A stretch of DNA of 64,000 nt from Pecten maximus (taxonomy: Eukaryota): NCBI RefSeq assembly GCF_902652985.1, contig NC_047033.1, positions 23,064,001 through 23,128,000 of the forward strand, written 5' to 3'. A model generated the notes under the pieces. The model saw only the letters and a program-made list of their open reading frames with translations, had not been told where the DNA came from and searched no databases. Every line of letters starts with the position of its first letter. The stretch's first letter is position 1. Below, one piece after another: positions 27,791-41,490 of the stretch. The position numbers were made by a program, and so were the translations under genes.

Positions 27791-28377
27791 CTCTTACATC
27801 TAAGCGTCACATGTTAGCGTTAAATGTCAGTTTAATGTTTTGCAGTATCCATTTGAAGCGTTTCCATGCATTATTGTACACTCTATGCCCTATAGTCACC
27901 ATCGAGTATATCAATTATTACCTCCTTCCACTTTCTAGCGATAAGGCCTATTTTTAGCTCTCTGGACGGAGTCCAGGAGAGCTTACGCAGTCATTCTCAT
28001 GTTTTTGCCGGAAGTAGAATTATTAAAATTTTGTGGACAGAGGATATCAGAAACAGTGGGACTGTCAGAATGGATTTCAAGACACATGATTGGGGTCGAC
28101 ACGAACTAGATTTGACAAGAAGTTTGAGTTGTTAAATGTTTTCATTTTCGAGTAATCGTCAATTTACGGTGTCATTTTGGACATACTCATGTCACAGGGA
28201 CATGCCGAACGTTATTCTGAGGAGTTATAAGGCAAAGTTCCTATATCAACCCACTGTAATGTGTATATAGTAATGTGCTGCAACACACGTATCCCTGTGC
28301 CGCTGCAAAAATTTGCTGCTATGCGTGTTATGTCGTCAGCTACAGTGTACAGAGTGTCCCGCGAGGTATAGGGCTGG

Positions 28378-29415
28378 GGAGCTTATGCCATGGTGCAGCA
28401 CACGAAGTCCATCTGTCAACTTTTCCTTTAAATCACTACTAGTCAAAAACCGTGAAACATTTTATCTGACTATTGGTCGGGCCCTTTAGGGGAAATATAT
28501 CAAATTCTTTAAAATCCTTCTTCTAATGCAGAAGTGAAAATATTTGGTCTGAAACATCCTTAGGTTAAGGGTTAATCAATTAGTATAAACCGTACATGTA
28601 GGTCTGGGACCCCAGGGACTGGAGGGGCTTGGCCCAATAGGGGGAAATATAGCATTTTTAGGTCATCTGACCCGATGACCTATAGTCATCATGCCATCGT
28701 CCGTCGTCGTTCGCCGTCCGTAAACTTTTTATTTAAACGACTTCTTCTTGATAACCAGAAGGCCCAGGGTACTGATATTTTGGCCAGTAGCATGTTTGGA
28801 TGAAGGGCTTCCAAGTTTGTTCAAAGCAATGACCTTGACCCACTTTCAAGGTCACAGGGGTCAAATGTCTTGAAAATCTTTCAAAAATTTTCTTCTCACT
28901 AACCAAAAGGCCCAGGACACTTACATTTGGCCTGTAGCATGCTTGGATGAAGGGCTACCAAGTTTGTTCAAATGAATAACCTTGACCCACTTTCAAGGTC
29001 ACTGGGGTCAAATGTCTTAAAAATCTTTCAAACATTTTCCTCTCACTAACCAAAAGGTCCAGGACATTGATATTTGTCTTGTAGCATGCTTGGATGAAGG
29101 ACTAAAAGGTGTGTTCAAGTGAATTCTCTCTAACCAAAAGGCCCAGGGCACTTATATTTGGATCTTGGTTCTCAGGGGTCTGAGGGGCGGGGCCTATAGG
29201 GGAAACATATAACAAACTCTTTAAGATCCTTCTGCTACATGAATGAAAGGATTTGGTCTGAAGCATCCTAGTTTCAACGGGAATAAATTTTGTATAAACC
29301 GTGAGTCTTGGCCCCCAGGGGCTTGAGGGGCATGACTCAATATGCTTACTTGATGTAAACATATAATGCATGAAATAATTAGGTGAGCAATACAGGCCCT
29401 CTGGGTCTCTTGTTT
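28378..29415 (+). mobile_element. Second HINE-type element nested in the outer one
   Basis: gagcttatgccatggtgc...gtccatctgtcaac start, an internal repeat (ggggaaatat...aaatccttc...tttggtctgaa.catcct) on both sides of the inner insertion, and the 3' end aggtgagcaatacaggccctctgggtctcttgttt. Confidence 0.6.
28655..29160 (+). mobile_element. Third HINE-type element (3'-truncated) with about 148-bp core tandem repeats
   Basis: tttttaggtcatctg...gatgaccta 5' hairpin, a (cgtc)-type microsatellite, and core repeats starting aacca at 28753, 28901 and 29048 (tgaccttgacccactttcaaggtca motif). Confidence 0.7.
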
Positions 29416-29439
29416 ATGGATGCAGAGAATGGTCAAATA

Positions 29440-29876
29440 CAGTGACGTGCCAAAAGTCTTTCAATTTTTCTTCCTTTGCTATATATTCTTTGTATTTCCA
29501 CTTTTTTTCAATGAAATTTCCTGACATTGTTACGAAATGTCCATATTTTCTTCTCATAATATTTATTTATTTTTCCTTTGAGTATGGAGCAATACAGAAT
29601 TCTCTACACTGATAATTTCCGTGTGACGCCATTTCTCTATATGACGTTACTAAAATTAGGTATTGTAAAAAAAAAAATGATTTCTCTAGTCATATACATC
29701 GGAAAACAGTGAAAATATTATGAGATGAAACGGGAAACAATTCTCTATGAGAGTACAAAATTTCATTTAAAACGATCAATACACAAAGTCAGGAAAATTC
29801 ATTGAAAAAGTTGAAAATACAAAGAATATATAACAAAATTTAAAAAAATTGAAAGACTAAAATTGGCACGTAACTG
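29440..29876. mobile_element. Tc1/mariner-type MITE
   Basis: ta|CAGTgacgtgccaaaagtctttcaattttt ... aaaaattgaaagactaaaattggcacgtaACTG|ta. Long imperfect TIRs and a TA target duplication. Confidence 0.8.
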
Positions 29877-30920
29877 TATATACAAACAAGCTGGATTTCA
29901 AATCAACGTCCAGAGAGCTACGAGGCCCTTGGCCTCTTGTTACTATTGAAGTAACATCTCTCTTTATTGAGTGAACCATGGGTTTACTTTTGTAGTAAGC
30001 ATCCTTTGTAGCAACCACAGCCTGATTTTATAATTCGTCTGTATCATTTGTTATACATGCATATGAAGGCGTTCTACTGCGTGGAGGTACTGTCGCCTAT
30101 TCACCCTCTCTTTGTCCCCCGCCAAGAAATCTTTTGCGGGGCGATGCTTACTAAAATCACATCTCGTGAACTTTGTACCTGACTTGTATGTCACGTTCTA
30201 GAATTGGATAGCCTGCCACGTAAAGTGCAGTTATGGCCGTTTATCTCTTTTGGAGGTTGTCAAGAGGTGATGATCTTTGAATTAAATCTTAGCATTTGTT
30301 TTAGTTTGTTTGATTATAAAGTTCCTTAACCGTTTAAATAATTACAACGCTGAAATAACCCAAGCAATAAAATATATAAGTTTCAAACTTTTTCCAAAAG
30401 TAAACATTCGGAAAATGATTTAAAGCAAACGTGAATTTTATTTCAAAAAACCCGTACGGAATCCGATGCACTCTTATTGAAAAATCAATTTCTATTGTAA
30501 AATGAGTGTTTCGTCGAGTGGATCAAATGGGAAGTTTAGCATGCATATTGCTCAGTACGTGTGATCGGTTGCCAAGCTTTCGCTCACAGAGGTACCTATT
30601 AGCAATTATGTTATCTGTGACCTATATTTGAACGTAACAAGCGGAGCAATATGTCTTTATAACATCAGCATGTGCCCTGCTAACTTAGAGGCTATATGTC
30701 CAAGGTAACCGAACATTAGGTTAACAACAACTGACAATTTTCTACAAAGGATTGGTACGTGACTTTTGTGCATATAACACAAACGTACATACATAGTTCA
30801 ATTGTCTACGTCAACTGCCATGTTCGTTATTACTGTTTTGACAGGAGCCTACATGTATTAGTGAAATTATAGTCAATGGATCGTCTGTAAATAAAAAACG
30901 AGGTATAATGAACTAGTGAA

Positions 30921-31033
30921 AGTAGGCCGATGGTTTTTCTCTGAGTATTCTTGCTTTCCTCGACCTCCAAAAACCGTGCACGTCCTTAAATGACCCTGGC
31001 TGTTAATAAGACGATAAATAAAATAAACCAAAA
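30921..31033 (+). mobile_element. 5'-truncated, diverged V-SINE family 1 copy
   Basis: ggtttttctctgagtattcttgctttcctcgacctcc...cacgtccttaaatgaccctggctgttaataagacg aligns with 9030-9130. Confidence 0.8.
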
Positions 31034-31587
31034 TCATGAGACAACAATGGTGCCAGTGGACATTTTAAGAAATATGTAGTCTTGATGAATGAATCCTGAA
31101 GACATTATTTTCAAATTCGGACCATTATCAGGGCTGCATGAGGAAGATTCAAATTCATCATCTGACCTTTAATGCATCTTTTGATATATTGATGGTGATA
31201 AATAATATACACGTGTGTGCTTTTTAAACAATTCGGAAGGACAGTCAGGATCAATGAAGAGGCCATTGTTCTGAATAAGTAATTACTAAATTTGTTTTGA
31301 AATACATATTCAAAGTTGTATATCAATATCATAGATCTACGTTTACTTTGATGGTGTGTCCTAAACACAAGTAGGGGATATCTCCACTGCTATACATTGA
31401 CAAATGTTATTTATAGAAAAATTTTTGTGCATCTAGGTCTGATTATAATGACTGTTTAGGAACGGGTAATTCCCGAAACAAACCAGAGCTATGTTTAGGG
31501 AGTTTACAAAGAATGAAATAGATCAAGACCCAAAATAGGATCGCTTGATTACAGAATTCCTTCACTCTCATTATTTTCGATGATTAT

Positions 31588-31604
31588 ATGTATGTATGTA
31601 TGTA

Positions 31605-31663
<59 letters not shown>

Positions 31664-31665
31664 AT
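31588..31665. repeat. Compound (TATG)n(TG)n microsatellite
   Basis: Directly visible; source of the spurious CVCVCV ORF. Confidence 0.97.
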
Positions 31666-33203
31666 GCACCGCAATTTACGCAAAAGTTATGTTATTCGCT
31701 AAATTGTTATTGCCTGAATATGTTATATTTCTAGTTTTTATAAAAGTAAATCTAAATAGCCCAACTATTCTTAAACAGGACATGTCGTTATGTGTGTGTT
31801 CCCACATTAGAGCGCAGCATGGCGAAATAAAGAAATAATTGGAAACGCGATTCAAACGACAGACACCTATAGAACTAAGTTAGAAAGTGGAAACGGACTG
31901 GTTTTACTGAAGGATTATGCAACGGACTGAATAGTCTATCAACGTTATCTCGGAAGGTGTGTTATGAATGGGAATATCATCTATTTAAAGGGATATATTT
32001 AACTTAAAAAGTCAGTAGCTTGTTTGAATCGATAATATTTACAAAAAAAAAGCATTTATGTTACGGATAACAGTGTACCAAGCAACATATTCAGTTTTTA
32101 GGAGATGTGTTTAAGCATGTTGAGGTAAATACGGGGAAAATTATGTAACTGTCAAATAAAGTAAAATCGTTCCATCCGGGCCAAGACGAGTGATTTGTGT
32201 AAGTTGATAAAACTTTACCTAAAAGTTTACATTTCTTAAAAGCTCCGAATATGTTATCACCCTTGATATTCATAGAATCGGGGATTTTCATTCACTCACT
32301 TAATTATACAAAACCTACTTGATCATTGAGATATATGGCTAATTTTCCCCGTCAGTTGAACAAGTTATTTTGGCCTTGGATGAATAAGGAGGATGCTGAT
32401 TTAGTATAGATACCAAATATCTGGTAACATCGGATTGGGTCCCGCATAAAATAACATAATATTGGTCAAATGAATATTTCTGGATAGGAACCATACCGTT
32501 TTTGTTCACATTTTGCATTTCGTTTGGTCGTTACACAGAAAATGCACATGTAATTCGACCGATGTGTAGAGAATGTTGTGATAACATTGTTTAAATTGCA
32601 CCGATAACCGAGCTATATCGAGGCTATCTTTGGTCCGGTAAATGATAAGCCTTACTGCTCGTCATGGTTTGGAGCCAGACCCATACTGTGAATAAACACT
32701 ATTTTGATCATTTCCTAATTTTTTGTGTTATTACGTCAGGATGAATCCCAAACATTAGAAGTAAATATAAGGTTGTAAGGAACCTGTTGATGGTATGCGT
32801 TCCTTTCCCAAGATAGCTTATGGTTTAATGCAGAGTATACAAACTGCACACGTTAAACATTTCAAACAGTATGATATATCAGATAAGTTAACAATTTATA
32901 CGGAAAAGACGAGATATCTATATTTTGGTTAATCAAAAGGGCCACCATTTGGCCGGAAACCGTGATGTCTTATGTTATCGGTGTAAATAGTTACGTTTTG
33001 TTTGGTTGTTACATCTGATGGCAGGCCTAGACAGTGGACAAAGAACATTATACACGTGCATTGCAATACAGCCATCGTGCTTTCAAGATATGAACCTTTT
33101 TTATATTACTATTTGATAGTTTCAATCCCACAGACTATTTTTACTGAGATCTGTATATTCGTATAAAACACAACTATACTGCTGCACTATACATTGTACA
33201 TGC

Positions 33204-33420
33204 TTTTTGTTTGGTTTTGAATTTTTAACTTCTATCGATAGCTAAGGTCGTTTAAAGACGGCCACCCCTGTGTACGAGTTGAGTGCATGTGTTATGAGAC
33301 TAGAATATGTTCTGGTTTGTCTCCTTATGATGGCGCGGAACTGATGCTAATTTTATAGTGATATCTTACTGAAGTATACTGTCGATGACACACAGCAGGG
33401 TAACACATTCGGCCATACAA
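33204..33420 (-). mobile_element. Degenerate Meta-domain SINE copy
   Basis: gctaaggtcgtttaaagacggcc...tctccttatgatggcgcggaact...ttttatagtgatatcttactgaagtatactgtcgatgacacacagcag aligns with 17873-18120. Confidence 0.7.
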
Positions 33421-36400
33421 TGTTCGTACAGGATCAAGTTTTTTTTTCAGTTTCAAGTTCCGTTTATATCCACTGCGCATGTTTTTCATATAATACGTAT
33501 CATTTAAAACCCCATCACTAAATGGACATCAGTATGTATTTACTAAAGACTAAACACAAAAGAGAATACGTAATAAACCAGGGAATGGTATAAACAAACG
33601 CCCGAGTAAAGCTAAGGACATCACGTAAAGAGGATGCAGCTCCGGTTGTGGATAGTACATAGGAACATTGCGAAAAGGGGAAACGGTGTGACATTGAAAA
33701 TGGACCCCTGTTAAAATTGACCCTCGGTCAGAATCTTCTTATTTCTGAATGGCTTTCTAAAGACGCAATAACATACACTAATAATCACCATAGGTATATC
33801 TAGTCCCAGTCATTTCAATTTTACTATCAAACAATGTGTTATCAATGTGTATCTACAAAAACAAATAAAAGTCCATTCAAAATGGCGTCGCCATATGTTG
33901 CCAAGCATAACGTCATATGGCTACGGCGTCACGGAGTATGCTACTGTTTCCCTGGCTTTTTCAACGTCTAGATTTTCCACTTTGTTCCGTCGTTCAAAAA
34001 TGAATCAAAAAAGAAAATTGAACTTTTTCCCGTTGAATAAAACATATATTTCACTCGTATGACATGATAAATATCAATATATATGTTATGTTCAACAGCA
34101 CAATTCGATATCCTTTATTTATAATTTGGTTTGCTATAACGATATTATTTTTGAATTTGCGAAATATTTGACCTATGGTTTAAGAGGCTATGGTAATGTA
34201 TTCCAATACAACATAATCACGTAGGGTCGGCCACATTTCAAACAATATTGCGTCTTACGCAAATATACACTGTACTATTAAAACCTAAAAAAAAAAGTTT
34301 TATGTTTTGAAAGAACATGTTTTAAGCCTCGTGTTTCTCTTAAAAAGACGCCTTAAGAGATCTTAACAGGAAAAGGCGACAATTCCGCAAAAAATCGAGT
34401 AACGATCGTACTTTGATAAAACGAGAGGATAGGACATAACTATACAGTAGTCACGGACGACGTGGAGGTCGTAATTATTATATGGTGTACTGATGAACTA
34501 CAGCATTCTCCTCAAAAAGACTTATCTAGTAATTAAACAACTTGACGAAAACTATCGAAAGTGTACTACAGTACTTAGGGCGCTCGTTTTGGTGGATGGG
34601 GTAAGGCCATATGAAGTGTGCAGTGATTAGGATAATACTTTACCTGGTACTAACGCAAGGCCCCGTACTATTCCAGCAGTATTTTACGTGTTGTTCAATC
34701 AATGTCCGATAGAGATGTGTTTCACAGACGTGTCGTCCAAGTGAAAGTACTGATTAATTTCTATTAGAGCTCCTCGACGGATGATTTGTGTGGAGTATCG
34801 TCGGCTTTTGTTAATTTATTTTTAAGCAGAATACTATTGCATAACTGAAGTTCTTGTTAGTTTTTGTGAGCTGTTAAAAACAGACAATAACTCTCTTCCT
34901 ATAGGAGTGGCCAACGTGAGTGTTCATGGTGTCAGAACAGTCACTATCCACTTAAAACACTAGACCATCTATGTAATCAGCTACATAGGTAAAATGTGTA
35001 TTTTTATAGGGATTTTGTGAAGTATTTCAACGTCCTAGTAAATATAACCTATGATGTTTTGATTGTTTCGAAGCGTTCTTCATATAAACTTTAAGGCAAC
35101 TTAATTCAATATTTGCTTTACGATGTATTGTTCGTGCACATTGTACATGCTCACGTAATAAACCTGCAGAAATGTAGAATGTCTGTGAAAATGCACTTGT
35201 AGCATGTATTTACTTATGTGTAGGCCGCCTTGCCTAAGGAACACCGATTGTTATCGATAAGAACAGCGCGTCCGTCGGTTATACCTGTCTGTACAGTGTT
35301 ATCCTATCAACAATACGCCCTTCTCAAACGGACACGATATGTAGTCAGGACTGCTTTTGTCCTAATGTTTTTGTACCAATACAGATCTAATGAGTTTTTT
35401 GTCGTGACGTAATGTGTATTGAGTAATCCGTGCTTGATTTTTTTTGTTGATGAGGTAAAGTCATTGCATCAGTCTGGGAAAATAAGAAATCATGTTTTTG
35501 GGACATCTCTCCGAAGACTTTCTTCACCTAGCAGTACCATCAAAGACACCTGTCTACTCTGATTTACGACCTTGGCTGTAACGAAGCCCCAAATATGTCC
35601 TAATTCCATTGATGTCCGAAACAGTATGGTCAGTGCTGATTGGTAAAGAAACGGTGACTGTAAATTAATGATTGTTTTTACTATGTTATTTCATTAAAAA
35701 AAAAAAAAAAAATCTATAGTGTATTAAGTGAACTTTTGGAAATTAAAAGGTTAGAAAGTACAATTTCTGGTGGTACTGAAGTTGCTTCCAATTATAATGT
35801 ATAATGTATCATCACAAAATATTTATAATTATTATATATAAAACTTATTTAAACTGATGTAAATGCGCGTTAAATTTGCTTGAACAGAAATATGAATTGG
35901 CCCAAGAACATATGATTTGTAAACTATTAAACGCTGAAGTATTAAAAGAGCATCAGTACTATGTACATACACCTACCGGTAAGTACAGCTGGATCGCCGC
36001 TAGAGAAACCAAAATAACTCGGTTTGATGGTAGCTTTGAAAAGGCAGTACACAATTTGGAGAACATTATGTAGATTTCTGTATTTAATGCTAGCTTCAAA
36101 GGGACCTTGGCATGTAAATATAGACTGCAGCAGGTGCTTAGCAACAGATGTGTCTCGTGCCAACACGTGCGGAACCGAATGACCAGGCTTGTTAGTAAAG
36201 GTCAAGGGTCATAAATACACGGGATGTTAAACATATTTCATTGGAATCACACTGGGGCAATGGAATGGTATAGCCTTGTTGGCAAACAGATATATTAGAG
36301 AAAACAGTTGTGATACTCAGTTACAAACGTCTCATCATGGCTCTATCTACGAGTGGTATTTAACCAGAGGACCAGTGGAATAACATTGGCGATCATTAAT

Positions 36401-39400
36401 TTATACTTAAAGGAGGAAATTATATAATCGTGTGTTATTATACAACTTTAATTTACTCTAAATGTGCACGATTGTTAAGTCAATAACATAATCTCCATCA
36501 ATACGTAACAAAAACATTGAATTCCTCAAAATAATATCATAAGATATTTCTAGATATAGCATTGTACTAAATATGTAATCGACCTTGCAAAGGAGTTTCG
36601 ATTCACTGCGAACCTTTTTTGCGATGGGCATATCTGAATCCATATACAAGTATTTTGCCAATCACGTTTTAGTTGAATACTTTTAACGATACAAAAAAAA
36701 ACACTATTAAATTCAACACTTATGTAAAACATGTCGTGATTTTCATAAACTCCTACTTTCGAAATTAACATTATTGTCCCTTTCTTTTGCAAAAAAAAAA
36801 AATTGTATGTTTTAGATATAATATGAAATGAATATATACATACTATCTTTTCTTAATATTTGTTGACCTATGTCCGAATGTCAAGGAAGACAAAACATTA
36901 ATTTGAACATATATATAGTTCCGTGATAATCTGTGACATAGAAATATCGGTAAATTTGTAATAAAATCCTTTTTAAATTGATGTTTATTTTAAGCACGGA
37001 TAGATAAGAAAAATGGAATATCAAATTAAAAGGTATTGTAAACATATTATTACTTATTTTAATGCAAGCTTATTAATCGTATCTTCTTACTTGAATGTAT
37101 TTACGTAATATATAGATTACAGTGTCTTAAGGTGAACTGGTGCACTAAACAAGGAGTAAGTATGATTCTATTCTGTAGATAAGGTTTCATGGAGCCATAC
37201 TCAGCGTATTTATATTTTATACACATTTTATCTGTAACGATTAATTTCGCACGGAGATGGACCCATGGGTACCATCGACTGAACATGTTCTACAGGGAAT
37301 AGCACATCGTCTCTGTATAAACCGTGTGTACACTATCGCCTTAACTACATAATTTTTATGGTGTTAACGAGGGGAAATACGTGTAAATACAAGTATGATT
37401 GGAACATAATAGCTTTTACAAGACGAGGACACCAGTGTAAATATTAGGCAAAAGCATACAAATGTTACAAATATTTGCCGCTAAAAACTGTACCAGCTTT
37501 TCCTTACGTCTTCTACTGAACTGATGATGCCATGCCCGTGCACCAATGAACCAATATGTTTTTTATTACAAAACCTATACATTCATGACGGTACTATCAT
37601 TTAGGCTAATTGGTGTACACATACGATATCAATTGTCTGTGTGCTATGAAAGATAACAATAGGCGACTCATTAACACGAGTGAAAAATTAACTAATGTAC
37701 CAACTAACAAAGGTCTATTGGAAATGAACAAACTAGTACTGCATTGCAATTAATGCTCCAAGTAAGTTCCTGTCGCTGTCTAAAGTTGTATAAATATATG
37801 TATACAATGACCGAAGATGGCGATATCAGACATTTCAAAGTCATATCTTGTTGAAGTGCCAAACCCGGACATGACAGCTTGGCACCTTACCCATTCATAT
37901 CATAATGACAACTACCTAACTACAAAACCTTGTACCACATACGTGTGTAATACCTCTTCCTCTAAACAAACCTGAACCCGATTACTTTTATAAACAAATG
38001 ACTGTTCTGCAGGTTTGCTGTTATAATTCGACCTCCTGTGCTCATGCTCTAAAATAAGAAACGGAATTCGAGATATTATCTTTCTCTTATTTCCTGCTAA
38101 TTTTTCCCGGTATCACTCCCTGGCACTGATTCACTTTCGATATTGGTTAAACGTTAACTGTTGAGAAAAGTCTTGTCCCTTTGGCGACAGACATCAAAGT
38201 CTACAAAAGTTGATGGTAAGAAGGGATGCGTCGGTGTCATTATAATTTGTCTATCATTGCGTCATGACGAAACATGATAGGAGACCAATGGAAACAATAA
38301 TAAAGTAGCTCTGTTTCTACAGTAGGATGTCGGAACGTGATAATATCACTCTATTCACGACAGTCTATAAATTGCTATCATTTAATGCCGGTGACATCTT
38401 GAAAAGACCAACATAATGATCACTTTAATTTTAATTATCCATCAAATTATGTTCCACAGGAACGTTAGCAGGACCTATCTACCCCAGTCCATTATCGATC
38501 ATAGGTCGACTACATGTATATTTCCTTGTGAGTCCATTTCAATATTGAGCATCAAACTTAAATGACAAGTCAAGTGTCATGTTAGACGCTTGTGGAATGT
38601 CACGGCCTGGAACGGTTCTCCTGGTCTTGCTCTCACAAACTCTCAATACAATGACAAACAATGTAGATAATGTACATACCAGGAAAGACAAGGGTGTTGG
38701 ACTTCTGGAAGTGTTTCAACGACTGGTGTCCAGAGGTAACACAATAAATAGGCGTGCGAAAACCATGTAAAATATTCTTAGGTAGCTATTCCTGCCAATT
38801 ATTCATCATCTGATATATGCTGTATCAAACCGCGCTAGTACATAACTTATTATTGTTTCGAGATCGACAAGGTGGACGTTTCCTTGTCATTGTAAAGGCA
38901 TGTGATAAATTATTTAATCAAGTTGGTAGTGATATTGTGATATTGCAACGTTACAAAAGTCACACTGAAATTTGGCGTCTTTGAACATACCATCTCGTTC
39001 TAAAACATTTTTTTTTTCAAAATTGCTTATTCGGGTACATTAGTTCGGTAAACATAATGCTCATTTGTTAACATGCTGCCTACTCTGTCCTGTGTTAGGT
39101 TTATGTTATTTCTGTTAAGAACGATACGAGATGATATGAATTACTACTTTACATTATAACATTTCGAATGAAGTGCCAATTGCATGTAGATGTACCGGAT
39201 TTGATATATACGACATGATAATATCCACAATCCACACATATACATAACAATAACATTTAGTCAAAAAAGTTAGTTCCTTTGTGTTACGTCCTGGTGACAC
39301 CTGAACTCTGTAATAATTAAAAATAGAAGGTTTTCGAATATGTGTTGGAATAAGTAATTCATACTTGAACTTAGCTAGTATATCAATTAAAATATGAAAT

Positions 39401-40817
39401 ATGAGATTGTATACTTTAGAATTAACACATGTAATTGCATAAACATAACATAATTTTGATTAATTGGACGCTTACAGGTAAAGGATCTATATTAAATGTT
39501 TCACTTAGGTTTGATGAAAAGATAAAAGCTACCCTCCCAAACAATAACATAACGTTACATATCAGTGTATATAAATCAGACAAAGCAATGAACATTATGT
39601 AACGGGCATAAATTATCGTAACTAAGGTATCGAATTGGTTATTATCTTGTTTCGATTAATCTCACAATTTACAAAGATAATACACAAGAAACGTATGCAC
39701 AAACTCGTTATACAGATACAAATGCATGTATGTTTTACGCCGTAGCGAATGTAAGCTAACCACTGGAAAACATGATAAGTTATTCTCTGGTTAGAACACG
39801 TGTTTGTTAAGAATAACGGAGATACGAGAAGGGAAGTTTCGAGTATATAGAAGACAACTACATTCATTGCTCGCTACCGATAGACAATTATGCCGAGTAT
39901 CTTTTGCAGATTGATGGGGGTCTGAAATAAAGCAGTTTTTAAACGGATTCCTCTAGAAATAGACCCAGTCTTTCTCCTGCTAGAATTTTTTTAAATACAT
40001 AAATAGTGCATGTTTGGGTTATTTCTGTCAGTGTTGAAAGTTCGTAATCTCAAATTGCCCTACTCATACAGTAGTATATTACATTGATTGTAGCTTATAA
40101 CATATCTTATAATAAAATTCCATCGCTGTTAAGGTTTCCCAGATTTAAGAAACATTCATAAAACCAGAACCAGATTCATTTCTATTTTCTGTAAGAAAAA
40201 TGGCATCTTACATTGTTTTTTACCTGCAGACTTTCAGACCTAACCTAGTCTTTATTGGGATGACAGCAATACATACGTTGATGTACTATAAGGTTTTAAA
40301 TGAGGTGGTCTCCCTTAGGGGAAAAATGAGTTAAAAGTTCATTTGTGTGCTCTGAATACTCTTTTTCTCAATTTTAGGTGAAGCTCTTTGTTGGAAGTTA
40401 CACAAATATTGGTTACCTCATATAATGATGCTATTTAAAGTTGACCAAGCTTAACATAACGTATTACAGAGTTTCTGTTCGTGTTATCTATCCACTACGT
40501 AACTCGATACATTCATGTAGGTCTTCTTTACTGTTGGGCCCGTTTTCTTTTTCCTTTTTTTTTTTTTTAATTTTCACGTAACGCTCATGAAAAGAACAAA
40601 TCGAACTACTTGAAAAACAAACAAATATATCATATATGAAACTATTGTGGGTTGTAATGGTGATAGGTTGGTAAGCACAACCCTCGCTAACCTGTACATA
40701 GAAGAGTAGGACCATCAAATGTAAACAAAACAATGAGAATGGAAATGTTACAAACTGAATAAGATTTAGGTCACATACAGCATTACCTACATTCCAGTAT
40801 TTTATAGACATAAGGAT

Positions 40818-40995
40818 AAACTATTGTTTTATAGACATAATAAGTAAGTGATAAGTATGATGTTTGTTTGAGAAACTATTGTTTTATAGACAAAATAAGT
40901 AAATGATAGGTATGATCATTGATTGAGGAACTATTGATTTATAGACATTACAATTAAATAATAGGTATGCTAATTAATTGATAAACTATTGTTTT
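40818..40995. repeat. 55-bp degenerate tandem repeat, about 3 copies
   Basis: (a/g)aactattg.tttatagaca recurs at 40818, 40873, 40928 and (partial) 40983. Confidence 0.85.
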
Positions 40996-41185
40996 CTATC
41001 CGGGATAGCATTTATTGATTACCAAAATGATACGTCGTCATGGTAACGGATTTATAATCATTACTTTCATACATCCACCAAGGATATTATTTACTTTTAA
41101 TATGTGGTTTTAACTGCAGTAAGCATTGAACAGGTGTTTAAGACACAGATAACAAATACAACATTATTACACTATAAACACTTAC

Positions 41186-41490
41186 CTTGTAATCGCGTGT
41201 ATTATCCTATAACACTGTATGTACAATCCACAGTAACCACGAAACACAACAAATGCATATAGATAACTCACACAGGTTTCACTGGAAACAGAGAGCATGC
41301 CCTAACACTCCACGTGACACAGCGCATGGGCCATGGTTTGATTCGGATCCCTCACACGCGATTGAATTATTTTTACGGACGACTGATCCGACTAATGAAA
41401 CTCCGTTCTGAAATGATTGTACACACGTGCTTACGAGGGCTCCCTCCTGGAATGACGTGCACGTGCGTAGGTATGTTATACTCCAATGCG
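41186..41490 (-). promoter_or_regulatory. Candidate promoter and first exon of a minus-strand gene
   Basis: Local CpG enrichment; E-boxes CACGTG at 41424 and 41460; TGACGT at 41453; Inr-like TCAGTC (41386-41381); strong donor AAG|GTAAGTG at 41186/41185. No downstream exon identified. Confidence 0.4.

Larger units (their letters stand above)
27951..29941 (+). mobile_element. Helentron-associated non-autonomous element (HINE), outer element of a nested cluster
   Basis: 5' ttttTAGCTCTCTGGACG matches the 3' subterminal inverted copy CGTCCAGAGAGCTA (29907-29920, 14/14). It is followed by the terminal hairpin gaggcc-ctt-ggcctc and ttgtt. Confidence 0.8.

Noticed and set aside
35876-36440. Coding-like stretch with Trp/Cys-rich short frames
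   Set aside because: Multiple stops in every frame and no family motif I can recognise; possibly a pseudogene, but unsupported.
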